A DNA stretch of 64,000 nucleotides from Eremomyces bilateralis CBS 781.70 (Eukaryota), in assembly GCA_010015585.1 (NCBI GenBank), contig ML975157.1; one strand, given 5' to 3'. Under the pieces are notes generated by a model. That model had not been told where the DNA came from. It searched no databases and saw only the letters and a list, made by a program, of their open reading frames with translations. This document shows positions 29,451 to 40,759 of this stretch, one piece after another (the stretch's first letter is position 1; each line of letters begins with the position of its first letter). The position numbers and the translations under genes were made by a program.

Positions 29451-30105
29451 CTGCTGGGGTGTGCGCGCAACGATGGAAACCACTGAAGTCGTTTGACGAC
29501 AAGAGTTAAACTTGAATAATATCTCCTCCAGTCCACACCAAACGGTTAGGATAATGATTCGGTGGCATCGTAGTACACGATGCGGAAGACCAAAGACACT
29601 AGAGGGCTGCCGCGTTTTGTACAGCAGAACAGAGAAAGAATATCTTGTGTTCTCTATGAGTAGATAATGAAATTAATGAATTATTAGTAGTATATAGTAG
29701 AAGAGACCTCAATAGGTACCTTTGATCAATTTGAGACAACCATCAAGAATAGGAAGATCGTAGTTTGCGAGACTAGTAGAGTTCGCTGTAGAGATAGATT
29801 GCGAAGCCAAGCGTATTGGGCTTGATTGCCCAACCTCCTGCAAAAGAACGACTGCACTGTGCTCAAAACGGGACGGACAGTGACAGGTTGAGAAGGGTAG
29901 CAGAAACCGTTCCGAGGGTATCCAGAGGGCGCACCTAATATGTACGGCCGCCGGACTCTTCTGGACTTCCACCTATCGCGTCCGCCATATATATATCATT
30001 AAAAATTTTGCGGACAGCAGTGGAGCCGTTTAATGGATAAAAGATGATCGTCGGGTTCTTTTACTCATACCTTTCGGTTTCATTGAGGGCAGACGGGGAG
30101 GCATA

Positions 30106-30390
30106 CGGAGGTCCATTTCAAAAGTTATTGCTCGCCAAGAAAGGGGCTTGATTATATAAGCCGTTCGAAAGCCGATAGCACGGCGTGCACGGGCAGTAGG
30201 GTGCCTAGCCAACGGGCGGGTACTACACGCGGTAAATCGAATGTCCGGCGCCCTTGCCTCGAATTAGGCTCTATAAAATCTGAATTAAATGCCCAGTTGA
30301 TAGGCAGTCCAATGCCCGTGGGCTTCTCGAAGCTGCTTATATAATCACGCCACTTCCTTGGCGAGCAATAACTTTTGAAATGGACCTCGG
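30106..30390. mobile_element. Non-autonomous Tc1/mariner-type MITE, 285 bp
   Basis: 56-bp terminal inverted repeats at 30106-30161 and 30335-30390 with 4 mismatches (C[G/C]GAGGTCCATTTCAAAAGTTATTGCTCGCCAAG...), flanked by TA at 30104-30105 and 30391-30392. No transposase ORF inside. Confidence 0.88.
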
Positions 30391-30581
30391 TATAACGAAC
30401 GGATATCGGACCGGAAGTCCGCCATGCACGTGACCACGGCTGAGAGCCGTCATGTGACGTCATATATATCAGGCTGTGAGGACGTAGCTACATAGTACAG
30501 AATTCGGGTTCATTCCTGCATTACGAATCAAGATTGACATAGTGGGCTATTAGAACTAAATAGACTCGCTCATCCCCCCGT

Positions 30582-31571
30582 ATGGACGAACCTGTAACTG
30601 AGCTGGTGCGACCATGCTTTTCGTTCATAACTCCTGGCAACCAGGTTGAGCAGAAAGACTCGTACATGATTATAAACCAAGGCTATGTTCATTTCATCAG
30701 CCCTACCACGCCATTATCATTTCCAGATGAAGCACATCCCCAGCGTCCACTGCTATTTCTCCATGGTGGAGGGCTTACATCTACCGTTTATACAACGCCA
30801 CTCCATCATTCGACGCAGACATGGGCTACGCTGTCCGCCGACTCAGGCCGGCCAACATATCTCCTAGACTTCCCGGATAGTGGCCACTCACAGCGGCCGC
30901 CGTCCAAGTTCCGCACGCTTGAGGAAGGCTTCGGACCCCTAGAGCATCGAACGGCAGCGGAGGCATGGTCCATGTTTCGCCTCGGACCGGCGGAAGGTCT
31001 CGCGTCCCGTAAAACGTGGGAGCGGAGCAAGTTCCCTGGGGAAGCCTTTGACGACTTAGTAGCTATGCAGGCAGCGCGGAGGCGAGGTCCTGGTGTAGAT
31101 GACCTGGAAGCTCGAGCCGTTATAGATGCGGTGAACCGCATAGGCGAATGTGACGTATTGGCTCATAGTCATGGCGCTGTGGTTTTACTGATCGCCCTGA
31201 AAATGATGGATGAGATGAACGATGACAGCAAAGTCTTAGTACGAGACGTGGTACTGGTGGAACCTGGTCCAACCGGGGACGGAGACATGCTCAAGCAATC
31301 ATCGAGTATTGGCAGAACACTGGTAATTTGGGGAGATTTGGTGGATAAGTTCCCAGGGTCTGTGGCTGCATGGGATCGGGTCAAGAGCGGCTACAAGTCA
31401 AACACCGCAGAGGAGTTAGTACTTCCCCAGCTTGGAATCATGGGAAACTCACATGTGATGATGCTGGATACCAATGCTGCGCAGATTATGGACATCATTC
31501 TGCAATGGCTCGATAACCACACGATTCAAGGCGCTCCATGTCTGGATGTGGGGAAGAAAATTCCGCAATAA
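30582..31571 (+). CDS. Intronless alpha/beta-hydrolase (esterase-like), resembling bacterial enzymes
   Basis: 329-aa single ORF. Oxyanion region LLFLHGGGLT, nucleophile elbow LAHSHG, IWGD, and C-terminal LPQLGIMGNSHVMMLDTN with the putative catalytic His. Confidence 0.85.
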   Translation: MDEPVTELVRPCFSFITPGNQVEQKDSYMIINQGYVHFISPTTPLSFPDEAHPQRPLLFLHGGGLTSTVYTTPLHHSTQTWATLSADSGRPTYLLDFPDSGHSQRPPSKFRTLEEGFGPLEHRTAAEAWSMFRLGPAEGLASRKTWERSKFPGEAFDDLVAMQAARRRGPGVDDLEARAVIDAVNRIGECDVLAHSHGAVVLLIALKMMDEMNDDSKVLVRDVVLVEPGPTGDGDMLKQSSSIGRTLVIWGDLVDKFPGSVAAWDRVKSGYKSNTAEELVLPQLGIMGNSHVMMLDTNAAQIMDIILQWLDNHTIQGAPCLDVGKKIPQ

Positions 31572-31771
31572 GCCAAGCACACGGTCAACGGAGGAAATGA
31601 ATATAAGAAAGCAGCATGGACATAATAGCTTGAAACACAACAGATACTATTTCCCCCTCTCAAACAACGTATCCTAGATTTGAATACACCAAACATTATA
31701 TCCTAAACCGCCATTCATAAACATCGAGGACTGTGCTGCAGTCGAGGCGTTAGCAGCGTATCATTTCCACG

Positions 31772-33407
31772 TTACTTGCAGTAATTGGCCGGAAAACTCC
31801 CTCTCACGCCTCCTAGCTCTCCTTCCCACCAATCAATATTGCTCTTCGTCCTCTTCAAAACCCGGATCCTATCCCCTTCGCGGAAGCTCAAGTCCTCATT
31901 CCCATCACCGTCGAAATCATACAGCGCGACCACATAGTCCGCCGGTTGCTGTAAATTCGGTTTCTTCTTCGGCGGGGGTGGTGGGGGCTTCTTCTTCGCC
32001 GCAGCAATGGCGGCGGCGGCCGACGTCGTGGCTCCGGGGGTGGTAGGTGGGAAATAGCCTACGGAAGAGGCCGAAGGAATGCGGTTGATGGGCGCAGCGG
32101 ACGGGACGCGGCCGTAATAGTTGCCATACGATCCCAGCTGCTCCAGCGTGGACGGTGTGGAAGGAGATGTGCCCGTGGACGCGTGCGATTGGTGGCTAGT
32201 CGTCGGTGAAAGGAGGTTGCTGGATGCCTGTCTCGATAAGGAGGGGATCTTTGGTTTCGGTCCAGGTTCCGATGGAGCGGACTGCGAGCCGTAGGAGCTC
32301 ACCTTGCTCAATGGCGGCGACGGTTGTGCAGGCTGGTCACTGGGCTTTCGCGAGAAGCCATTCCGAATGTTGAAGCCACCTTTTCCCCTTTCATTCTCAT
32401 GTGACCTGGACTTTCCTGTCTGAACCGATTTTCCGTGAGCGATCATCATTAGATTGGATTCGATTTCCCTGCATATCGGCGTGAATGCACTATGGAATGC
32501 CCGGAGGATCACTTCCACCTCTGGGGGTGGAGACTCGAATCCATAATCTTGACAGAAGTTGTGGAGCGAGGTGTAAAGGTGGCCTAGAAGCGCATTTTGG
32601 ACCAGTATTTGAGCATTGAGAAGGTGTGGAAGCATCGAGAACGCCCCATGGACGACCCCAGGGAGGCTACTCTTGAGCCTGTCATCGGCGACTTCATAGT
32701 CCTGGATAATGTGAGCACTTCACCAACAATATATGAGAAGGTTGGTTGCTCACGGCGGATGCTCGTTCCAGATCAACCTCATTTTTCTGTAATGAAACAT
32801 TCTCTCGATCCGATCGCTTGGTCTTGCTTCGTAGAGACTCACACCGGCTGTTGTATCGTTCATAGTCCAGCTGCAGGAGCATTAGCTCCAGGTATGACTT
32901 AATATGACGACGTAGCCACATACCTTTTTATTGTCCCGGTTTTTGATGACTTTCTTCATGAATTTGATCGATTCCTTCGTTTCCCTGGCAGGGTTGACAA
33001 TTCTGGTTTCCACCATCTGCAGCTCCTCCACCATCTCTTGCCGCAGTTCGGCGTATGTTTCCTTTAGGGTCGAGGTTCGCCCCATCTGCTCCTCCAGCGT
33101 TTCGGCGGGGATGTGAGTTTGGCCGGAGCAGTCTGGAGCGGCAATGGGTTTGTATATGGCCTCCAGCTCTGCTAGAATCGCCGATTGTCGCATGAGGATG
33201 TCGGACCATGCATCTCGCCATGCTTTCGATGCATCGATGAGCTATTTGCTGGTCAGCACCATCGCAAAACGATTTAATAGAGATGGAAACACGTACAGTA
33301 GTAAGCATACGATCCGCCTCTTCAAACTCATGAATTAAAATGTTCACTTGCGCGTCGCCCGCTGTCCGCGGCATGAAAGCGCCCACCTTCCGTTGCATTC
33401 GCTGCAT
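31772..33407 (-). CDS. BAR and SH3 domain protein
   Basis: Multi-exon helical N-terminus (MQRMQRKVG..., IKNRDNKK|LDYERY), poly-Pro KKKPPPPPPKKK, and C-terminal SH3 VVALYDFDG..DLSFREGDRIRV..DWWEGELGGVRGSFPANY. Confidence 0.9.
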
Positions 33408-33963
33408 CTTGAACGCTGGTTGTCGTGTCGGTGACGGAGACGCAAAATACTGGGCCGGTACGAGATGCAACTTCAATTAAGAAATTCACGTTCTTCGAAC
33501 GGACCACAGTAGGTATCATAGACTGATAATAGATGATTCATAGAAGGAGTCAGAGCAATTTCAAGGACAACCAGCACCTTGACCCCAACTTGACCGGTGG
33601 CACGTTCATCTGCCAACCACTGGACATTTCGGCTTGTGCTTCGGGGAAGTTTCAGGACCGAGAACCTTGTCAAAATGATGATGAGTCGCACCACAAGTCA
33701 AGTGGCGCAACAGTGAGAATCAATAACCAATTATGCCAGCTAAAAATAGTGTATTCATGCCATGATGCGAGGATCACTAGAAGATAAAAGAGATACAAAT
33801 ATGTCGACGACGTGTGAACGAATGCGCAAATAAACAGCAGACCATCGGTACGCAAATGCGGAGGAGTAAATCCACTTTCTAAGATCGCACGATTGAATTT
33901 CATTTTGTTTTTACAGGCAGTGATCGAATGCATGGCTGCTATGGATACATGTAGTCGTGCGGT

Positions 33964-35808
33964 TTACCTCCCTCGATACCCTCCGTGTGGAGGTCCTCGT
34001 CTTCCACGACCACCACCACGAGGGAATCCGCCCGGTGCTCGATCCCCAAATCGAGGACGATGTTCGCCGGAGTCGACCAGTGTGTCGCCATCCTCAAAGG
34101 TGTACCGTCGCAAGCTTTCTGGGGAATCCCGGAGTCCCCTAGCCCAACGACTGCTCTCGGCCCTATCAAACTCGTCCAATCTCTTCTGCGCCAGCTCTTC
34201 GTCGACTGGATGATAATACAGCTTTGGCTTCGCAGTGGTCGACGGGAAGAGCGCATCGAGAGCAACGAAGCTCTTCCCGGTCGCCTCTGGCTGAGGCGGT
34301 GCGGCCGACCTCGAACTAGAGGGTTCACCTAGAGGGCTAAGTTTATTAGGTGCCGCTCCGTACAAAGGAAGGCGATCTCGGAGATCAGAATGTCTTCGTG
34401 GAGGTGCTGCGCCAGCATCCTGCAGTTCTGCATGCACTGTCCCGTCGTCACTTCTCTCGTACGTCACTTCCCACCGCTTGGCACCTCGTCCACCGCCGGT
34501 TTCGTATGCAATCTCCATCTCGATCCATTGCTCGACCTTGTCTTCAGGAATAAAGTCGACCCACAAGGGCTTGCGATCCCGCTCGGTCGGCCAGACCCGA
34601 TCATGGAGTGACGCACGAACACGGGCAGCTTGGTTGGAGGTGGAAAACAGGACGAAGGCGTGCGTGCGGATGGGATCGATATGGAATTTGACGATAATGT
34701 CTGATGGCGACTCGGAGGGGACATCCTCTCCATGGGATGGCGGTGTCGCCAGACGGATGAGGTGATTCTTGAGTGCTGGCAGCTGTAATGGGCGCATCAG
34801 GTTCCGAATATAGATGGCCGGGGTGGCCGGGTGAAGCGCGGGTGCGATCTCCATTTCATCCTGTTCCACGCTTGGAGCTAGAGTAGGGTCCCCAGGGGCG
34901 TTGAAGAGCTCTCGATAACGTGCATCCTTCCCAGACATTCTGGGTGATTCTTCTAGGGCTTGACGAGATGTACTGGTCTCAAAGTCTTCGACTTTTCGAA
35001 GTTCTTCTTCTGCAGTATCCACATGTTGCTTTGTAGAAGTATCTGGCTGGGGGGTGGGTTCCTTTTGGGCTTCCTTCGATTCGTCAGATGCCTTGGGTTC
35101 GACATGTTCGGCTGGTGTAGGACCGGCTGGAATGTTTTCTTGCAGTTCTTGAAGTTGAATATCTTCCATGGAATCGACCTGCGTCTCCACCACTTTGTCC
35201 TCAGCAAGATGAACCGCGCCGGTTTCTTCATCACTCTGCTTGAGCTTCTTGGCGACGACCTCAGCAGGGATGGGTGGCGTTACGCTTCTCCTCTTTCGTT
35301 TCCGACTCTCCTCAGTATCCGACGCTTGCGCTGACGACGTAGGGATATGCGGCTCTTTCACATCTTCTGGTAAGGTAGGCGGTGGTTCTAGACTCGGTAG
35401 TGGAGTTTGCGACAAGGCTGACCGTGGAGCATCACTGGGCTGTGAACTCCCTTCTAGTGGAGCTGAAGTAGTCTCCGCAGGTTGTTTTTGCGCAGCACCG
35501 GGCAGTTCTCTCTCCTTAGGGACCTCCGCAGGAGGTTCGATATCAGTTGGTGCTGCAGATGCTGCTCCCTCCGGGCCTTGGGGACCGGCTTCAGCAGCCT
35601 TGGTGGTCGAGCCAGCAGCTTCTGCGGCGACAGCCTCGTCCGGCTGCTGCGGCGCATTGGGATCGACTTGTGTCGGGGCTTTTTCACGATCGTCTTGTTC
35701 GAGGCGGTCAATGAATTGTTGTTTGCGCGTCAGACCGGTGGCAGGAATGCCACGATCCTTGAGGACGGCGCGGAGATTGACGACGGTGAGTTTTGCGTAA
35801 CCGGACAT
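33964..35808 (-). CDS. Acinus-like SAP + RRM + RSB-motif protein (ASAP complex, splicing-associated)
   Basis: SAP domain YAKLTVVNLRAVLKDRGIPATGLTRKQQFIDRLE; RRM PAIYIRNLMRPL..IRTHAFV..RASLHDRVWP..KPLWVDF; RSB LDALFPSTTAKPKLYYHPV; RGG tail. Confidence 0.88.
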   Translation of the reverse strand: MSGYAKLTVVNLRAVLKDRGIPATGLTRKQQFIDRLEQDDREKAPTQVDPNAPQQPDEAVAAEAAGSTTKAAEAGPQGPEGAASAAPTDIEPPAEVPKERELPGAAQKQPAETTSAPLEGSSQPSDAPRSALSQTPLPSLEPPPTLPEDVKEPHIPTSSAQASDTEESRKRKRRSVTPPIPAEVVAKKLKQSDEETGAVHLAEDKVVETQVDSMEDIQLQELQENIPAGPTPAEHVEPKASDESKEAQKEPTPQPDTSTKQHVDTAEEELRKVEDFETSTSRQALEESPRMSGKDARYRELFNAPGDPTLAPSVEQDEMEIAPALHPATPAIYIRNLMRPLQLPALKNHLIRLATPPSHGEDVPSESPSDIIVKFHIDPIRTHAFVLFSTSNQAARVRASLHDRVWPTERDRKPLWVDFIPEDKVEQWIEMEIAYETGGGRGAKRWEVTYERSDDGTVHAELQDAGAAPPRRHSDLRDRLPLYGAAPNKLSPLGEPSSSRSAAPPQPEATGKSFVALDALFPSTTAKPKLYYHPVDEELAQKRLDEFDRAESSRWARGLRDSPESLRRYTFEDGDTLVDSGEHRPRFGDRAPGGFPRGGGRGRRGPPHGGYRGR

Positions 35809-36272
35809 GACGAAGCTCAAGTAAACTCCAATTGGAGGGATGTGAAATGGGACGAAGGGTGCCACATCTGGGCCTTTGGGAAATGCTAAGTTTGTTGACG
35901 GTAGAGATGAGAAATTGTGTCTGAACTGTACAAAGCACTGAGCATCAATCACTGCGTGGAGGGATGCATCAGCCAACAATTTAATACATGATGCAGCAAT
36001 GCGACGCGTCCTTGCGACTGGGGAATTTGGATGCGCTAACAGCGAATGCAATGCAACCGGAAGGCCACAAGGCGATAAGATTTTAAAACCTGAAGTGCGA
36101 CTGGACTGACTGACTTATGAGTCGTGACTGACAGGGATTTCTAGGCTCCTGCTACAGTATAGGCAAGTGGGGCAAGCCACAATCACAGCCACGTCACGTG
36201 CATCGATTTCGTTAGCGCATTCTTTCGTAGTTTCCCACCGAAAGTCCGAAACCTAGAGGAATCTGACTCCCA

Positions 36273-37740
36273 ATGCGCCGATTCCAACCTCATGCGGCGT
36301 ATTCTACCGAATTCGAACATGCATCCACAGTATTTGAGAAGAATCTAGCTTTGGATCCTTCATCTTGATCGGCTTTCACAGATTTCCTCTTCCTGGGTTT
36401 AGGGGTTGGCTTCGAAGGTACGTCCGGGCTAGGATCCTCAAGGGGCATTCCATTTAGTGTAGTTTCCTCAACTGTGGGGGTGCCGACCGGCGCCTCTTCC
36501 TGATGAATGGGAATATGAGAATATATGACATCGATTCTTTGCATCGGCTCAAGAAATTTGATGACCACGATTCCTTTGCAGTCAAACTGATCTCCTTCAC
36601 CTAATTACAGTGTTTTGTCACCCGGGTTCGATTCCATGAAATTAGATATGTATTATCCAAGCCCCCGTATTCCTCACCATCTTGAAGATTAGTCTCCGTT
36701 CTCTGTTCTTTTAGCCCTCCTGGTCCTCGAGCGTGCAACTAGAGATGATTTGCATAGAAACTTGTAGCAAAAAGCGCTAATGGCTTGGTTCTGCCACTCG
36801 TGCGACTTTTGGTAGGCAAAATCATCCCCCTTATCTATGCCTGCGATCAACGACTTTAAGACTGCTTTCCGCATTTCAAGCTTCTGTTCCTCGCTCTTGA
36901 AGTCGGAGACCACATCTTCCACCGAAATTGATGGGGGAATGTCGAAGTCCCATGTGGTTCTAGGTGTCCCGTCCGGGCTTTTGGTGGTTGATGCTGCCTC
37001 TGCAGCCGGGTTGCTGGCATCGAACACGACCTCAGTAGTAAAGGATGCCTGGAACAGCACGCTCTCGGGGATTAAACTCTGAGTCGCATTCTGGTGAAGA
37101 TGCTCCAGCAACAACTGGAGCTGGTCCAGGGATTCACAAGGATACAGCACTTTTGGCTCGGGAGCGGCGGTTTTCACGGCGATTTTCACGGCGGTTTTCC
37201 TCTCTGCCTTCGCATCACTGGCAGTACCATTCATTTGGGTACCGGCCGTGAAACGGCGGAGGATGAACAGCTTCAGTGCACAGGAACCAACGCCACGGAA
37301 GAGAGTCGGCCCCATCAAAGGATGCAACATCACCATCCTCGTCAAGATCCAAGCCTCAAACCTCGCCGAAGAAAAGTAGCAGTCAACCGAAAACCGGACA
37401 GCCCAATGCTTTTGCTCCCCCTAGCATTGAAAGACTCGAATCTGCCAATCAAGAAATACCCGGCAGCGCAAAGCCGGCCTCAATACCTGCCAAGGGTGCA
37501 CCGAAAGCCAGTGCGAAATCCTCGAAATCTCAGTCCACCAACCCAGATGCCAACTCGCGCTCGAAGACTGGCTGCTTTGAGTGCAAGGTTCGGAAACGAA
37601 AGGTGAGAAAAGCGTCCGCAACTTACGTCCTATGCAACCAATCATCTCTTCTATAGTGTGATGAGGCGAGACCAATTTGTAGCGTCTGTAGAAAGCGAAT
37701 TGAACGTGCAAATACCCGGGTAAGCAGCGAAGATTTTGAA
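36273..37740. pseudogene. Zn2Cys6 transcription factor gene disrupted by an internal inversion (~36358-37239) and frameshifts
   Basis: Plus strand: RSKTGCFECKVRKRK | intron 37603-37656 | CDEARPICSVCRKR, with the sixth Cys (TGC AAA TAC) out of frame. The middle coding segment (..YKFLCKSS.., FDCKGIVVIKF..VIYSHIPIH) lies on the minus strand. Confidence 0.7.
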
Positions 37741-38129
37741 GTCCAAGCGCTTCCTCTGGTATCAACCATGGGATGTGTATGCTCCAATCCACCGAGTGGC
37801 TTGATACCGTGGCCGGTGTCTGGTGATTGCACCTCGAGAAAGAGCGTGATGTGAGAATCCAGGGCTGCTCGCTTGGCTTGCTCGCGGCGATGCTACATGA
37901 TGAGCGGGTAACGGACGTTTGCAAGGGAGCATCATGGGGACTGCCATAGCTTACCGTGCTGGATTTCCCCGGGGATTTAATGTGATATGATATGGGCGTA
38001 GGGAAATAAAACCGCATAAAATACTAGGCGGCATTACGTTGCGGAAAGCGGCCCCATGAAGCAACGGAGTATACTGTATTTATACCGATCTGATAATCGG
38101 CAAGTGGTATCTATTTCCTCACCTTTACT

Positions 38130-39411
38130 CTACGACGCAGGCGGTTGCTCATAGAAGGCTCTCTCGTTCTTGAGAAGCGCCTCGAACCGTTTCCGCTCGC
38201 CTTCTTCGTCGCTCCATGTATCGACATCGTATTGCTCATCGTCCGAGCCCCGATCGCGATACTTGTAGGGATCAACGTTGTACTCGTCGTCGGAATCCAC
38301 TTCGTCTTCGGGATAGTCGTTGCCATACCAATCCTCGGCTGTAATTGTCAGTTTGGCCCCTTAGCAGTGGCGAAGTTGGGTCACACACCGTTCTCGTCTT
38401 CCTCATCGCTATACACGTATTCCCCCTGCTCGTGATGCATGTAGCTTTCCCAATACTCTTCGTCCTCCTCCTCAATGACAAGGATACCAACGTTGTTCGT
38501 CGAGAGACCCAAGTTATCTGTCGCCTCATACTGAACAAAGGTATCATATACATATTCCCCCTCTTGCTGGCCAGATGTAGTCATGTCCACCTGCATTGCG
38601 TTGTTTTGTGGCTCTTCCTGCCGGATATCCGAAACTAGTCCAACCCCCGTTTCCACCTCCTGCGCCCAGCGAGACATCTCCTCCGCAAGCTGGCGCAGTT
38701 CTTCCGGGTTCTCGGTCGGCGGTGCGTTTTTGATACTCTGGTCCCTCACTCGGTCCCTCAGCGCTCGGACGTTGGGTCTCTTCCTCTTCGGCGACGGAGC
38801 CATTTGTTCGGTTGCAGTTGCTTCGGGAACTGGTGGGGAGGTCCAGGTGTTGTCGTCTGGGGTCGCTTGGCCAGAAGGGTCGCTTTTCTCTACGAATGTG
38901 GCAATTTCCGACTTCCGTTTCTTACTCGGATTTAAAGCGCTGGGTGTGAGCGACCGATGCCTCATAAGATGAAATCGCCGAACACGCTCCCGCGCAATCG
39001 GGTGTGTTGGCAGGACGGCATCCTGCCGACCTGGAACATCGAGCCGGTTCCTATTATCCGCGCCCTGATGTTTCCGCACCCTGAGAGCAAAGGGGTCTCG
39101 ATCTTCGTCGCCTGGCGCGGTTGCTCGGACGGGTGGAGGGCGATCGGGAGCCGGACTCCTGGGCTGAGTGGGACGGAACACACCCTTCTGGAGGATGCCA
39201 TCCGACGGGGGAAATGCGCTGCCTGATTCCTGGTCGAGACGCCGGAAGTAGTAGCCTTGGTCGGTGAACTTCTTCTTGTTCGGGCGTTCGACATCTGTTA
39301 AAGGTTAGCGTTGAACACCGCATCTCAGGGACGTGGCGTACAAAGCAGGTCGACGTGCGGTTCTGACTTTCGCCGCTTGATGTGGACAAGTTGAGGGGAA
39401 GAATGAGACAT
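38130..39411 (-). CDS. IWR1: RNA polymerase II nuclear import factor Iwr1
   Basis: Exon 1 MSHSSPQLVHIKRRKSEPHVDLL; EYVYDTFV; spliced DEEDEN|AEDWYGNDYPEDE, the Iwr1 signature. Confidence 0.9.
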
Positions 39412-40222
39412 GATCACCGTGTTGATGCGATATGGATATGGCAATTACCTATCAGGCATTGAGAGAACTAGAACGGCGCAAAGCCAATGTCAGACTTTCA
39501 TTGCGGCGATGGCGAATGTTGAATGGACAAGCGCGCCACGAGCAACCAGAAACCAGGGTTCAGGTTCACGCTTACGCCTTATTAGGGTATGGATATGAGT
39601 ACCATCTCATATCTTAACGGCCTTACTTAATTCCTACTAGGAACCATCGCTATGAAAGTGAGACGTGTGAAACGAGTGAACACTGAACTGTGTGTGTTGT
39701 GGAGAACTGAAGTGAAAGGGGAACTCTGCTCCACTGCGAAGTGGCTGGCTGGTTATCTTCGATTGTTCAACCTCCTCTTTCACTCATGCATGCCTCTTGG
39801 TTCATGTCGATATTGAGGAATCTACGGAATAAATCTACATGGATTGTTAGGATCAGATCAACTGGAGTAAATCATGTGTTTTCTTGGTTGTCAATCAGCT
39901 GGCTTCTAATTTAAGGCCGCCAACAGAGCCCCAGCTGTGCCTCCTGCCTTCCTGTCTAATATGTAACATGAGCCCCTCCATTGAGAACAAAACTGAAACT
40001 GGTAACCATTATAACTTGATGTATTCTTTCCTCTCCTTCTGAGCTCAGTGTTTTATTCTTTCATCCTGCCTTGCCAAGTCAAATTCTCTATACGGCATCA
40101 TCTCTGCCAACTACCTATTCTACTCAATTGTCATACTCCGTTCCAGGACGTCCCATCCACTCCTTGCGATCGAACACTTGATACTCTAGGCATCCATCAC
40201 CCAAGCTATTCGGACCTTCATC

Positions 40223-40759
40223 ATGGGCCGCTGGGGCGATCTAGACGAGGATGAATATCGTCTCCCCGAAGGCATGAAGCGCATCGCCTATGATGCTGAC
40301 ACCCAGATCTATACATACCAAGACACCGATGGGTCTATTTGGGCGGGTCAACCTGGTGCAATATACGGTTCTCTCAGACGGGTGAATGACGACATCGTCG
40401 ACAACGAAGCGCCGGGAATGTATGAATCACCTACTGCGGATGCAGATATCGAAAAGAAGTTGTCTCAAGATTCCTCCCCATCGAAGAGCCGATTCACTTC
40501 ATTTGATGCGCTTTGGCCAGAACATGATGGCAAGGCGGGAAATACAAGGGAGGCCACCTTCGGCGTACTGGCCCCATTAACGAAACTTCCACGGTCTCTG
40601 ATCAGTCGAGTGCGGAGCCGCCGACAGACTGCGAGCTGGGTCCCAAAACGACGCGAAAGCCGCGATGAACGCGTCTCCGAGAAGAGAGATGGCCTATCGG
40701 AGCAAAATTTGGGTTCAAAGGTTGAGAGTCGGAAAATGTCGCGACGAGGAACTGTGTAG
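40223..40759 (+). CDS. Conserved fungal protein with the N-terminal domain seen in intracellular LysM proteins, but no LysM domain
   Basis: MGRWGDLDEDEYRLPEGMKRIAYDADTQIYTYQDTDGSIWAGQPGAIYGSL followed by a basic low-complexity tail; single 178-aa ORF. Confidence 0.75.
   Translation: MGRWGDLDEDEYRLPEGMKRIAYDADTQIYTYQDTDGSIWAGQPGAIYGSLRRVNDDIVDNEAPGMYESPTADADIEKKLSQDSSPSKSRFTSFDALWPEHDGKAGNTREATFGVLAPLTKLPRSLISRVRSRRQTASWVPKRRESRDERVSEKRDGLSEQNLGSKVESRKMSRRGTV

Noticed and set aside
35809..36051. 81-codon upstream extension of the Acinus-like ORF
   Set aside because: The SAP domain begins right after ATG 35808, which is in good context; the extension looks like an incidentally open 5' region.
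37166..37200. 12-bp triple repeat CGGCGRTTTTCA as a recombination site for the inversion
   Set aside because: It lies inside the inverted segment, encodes KTAV/KIAV/KTAA, and has no counterpart at the other breakpoint.
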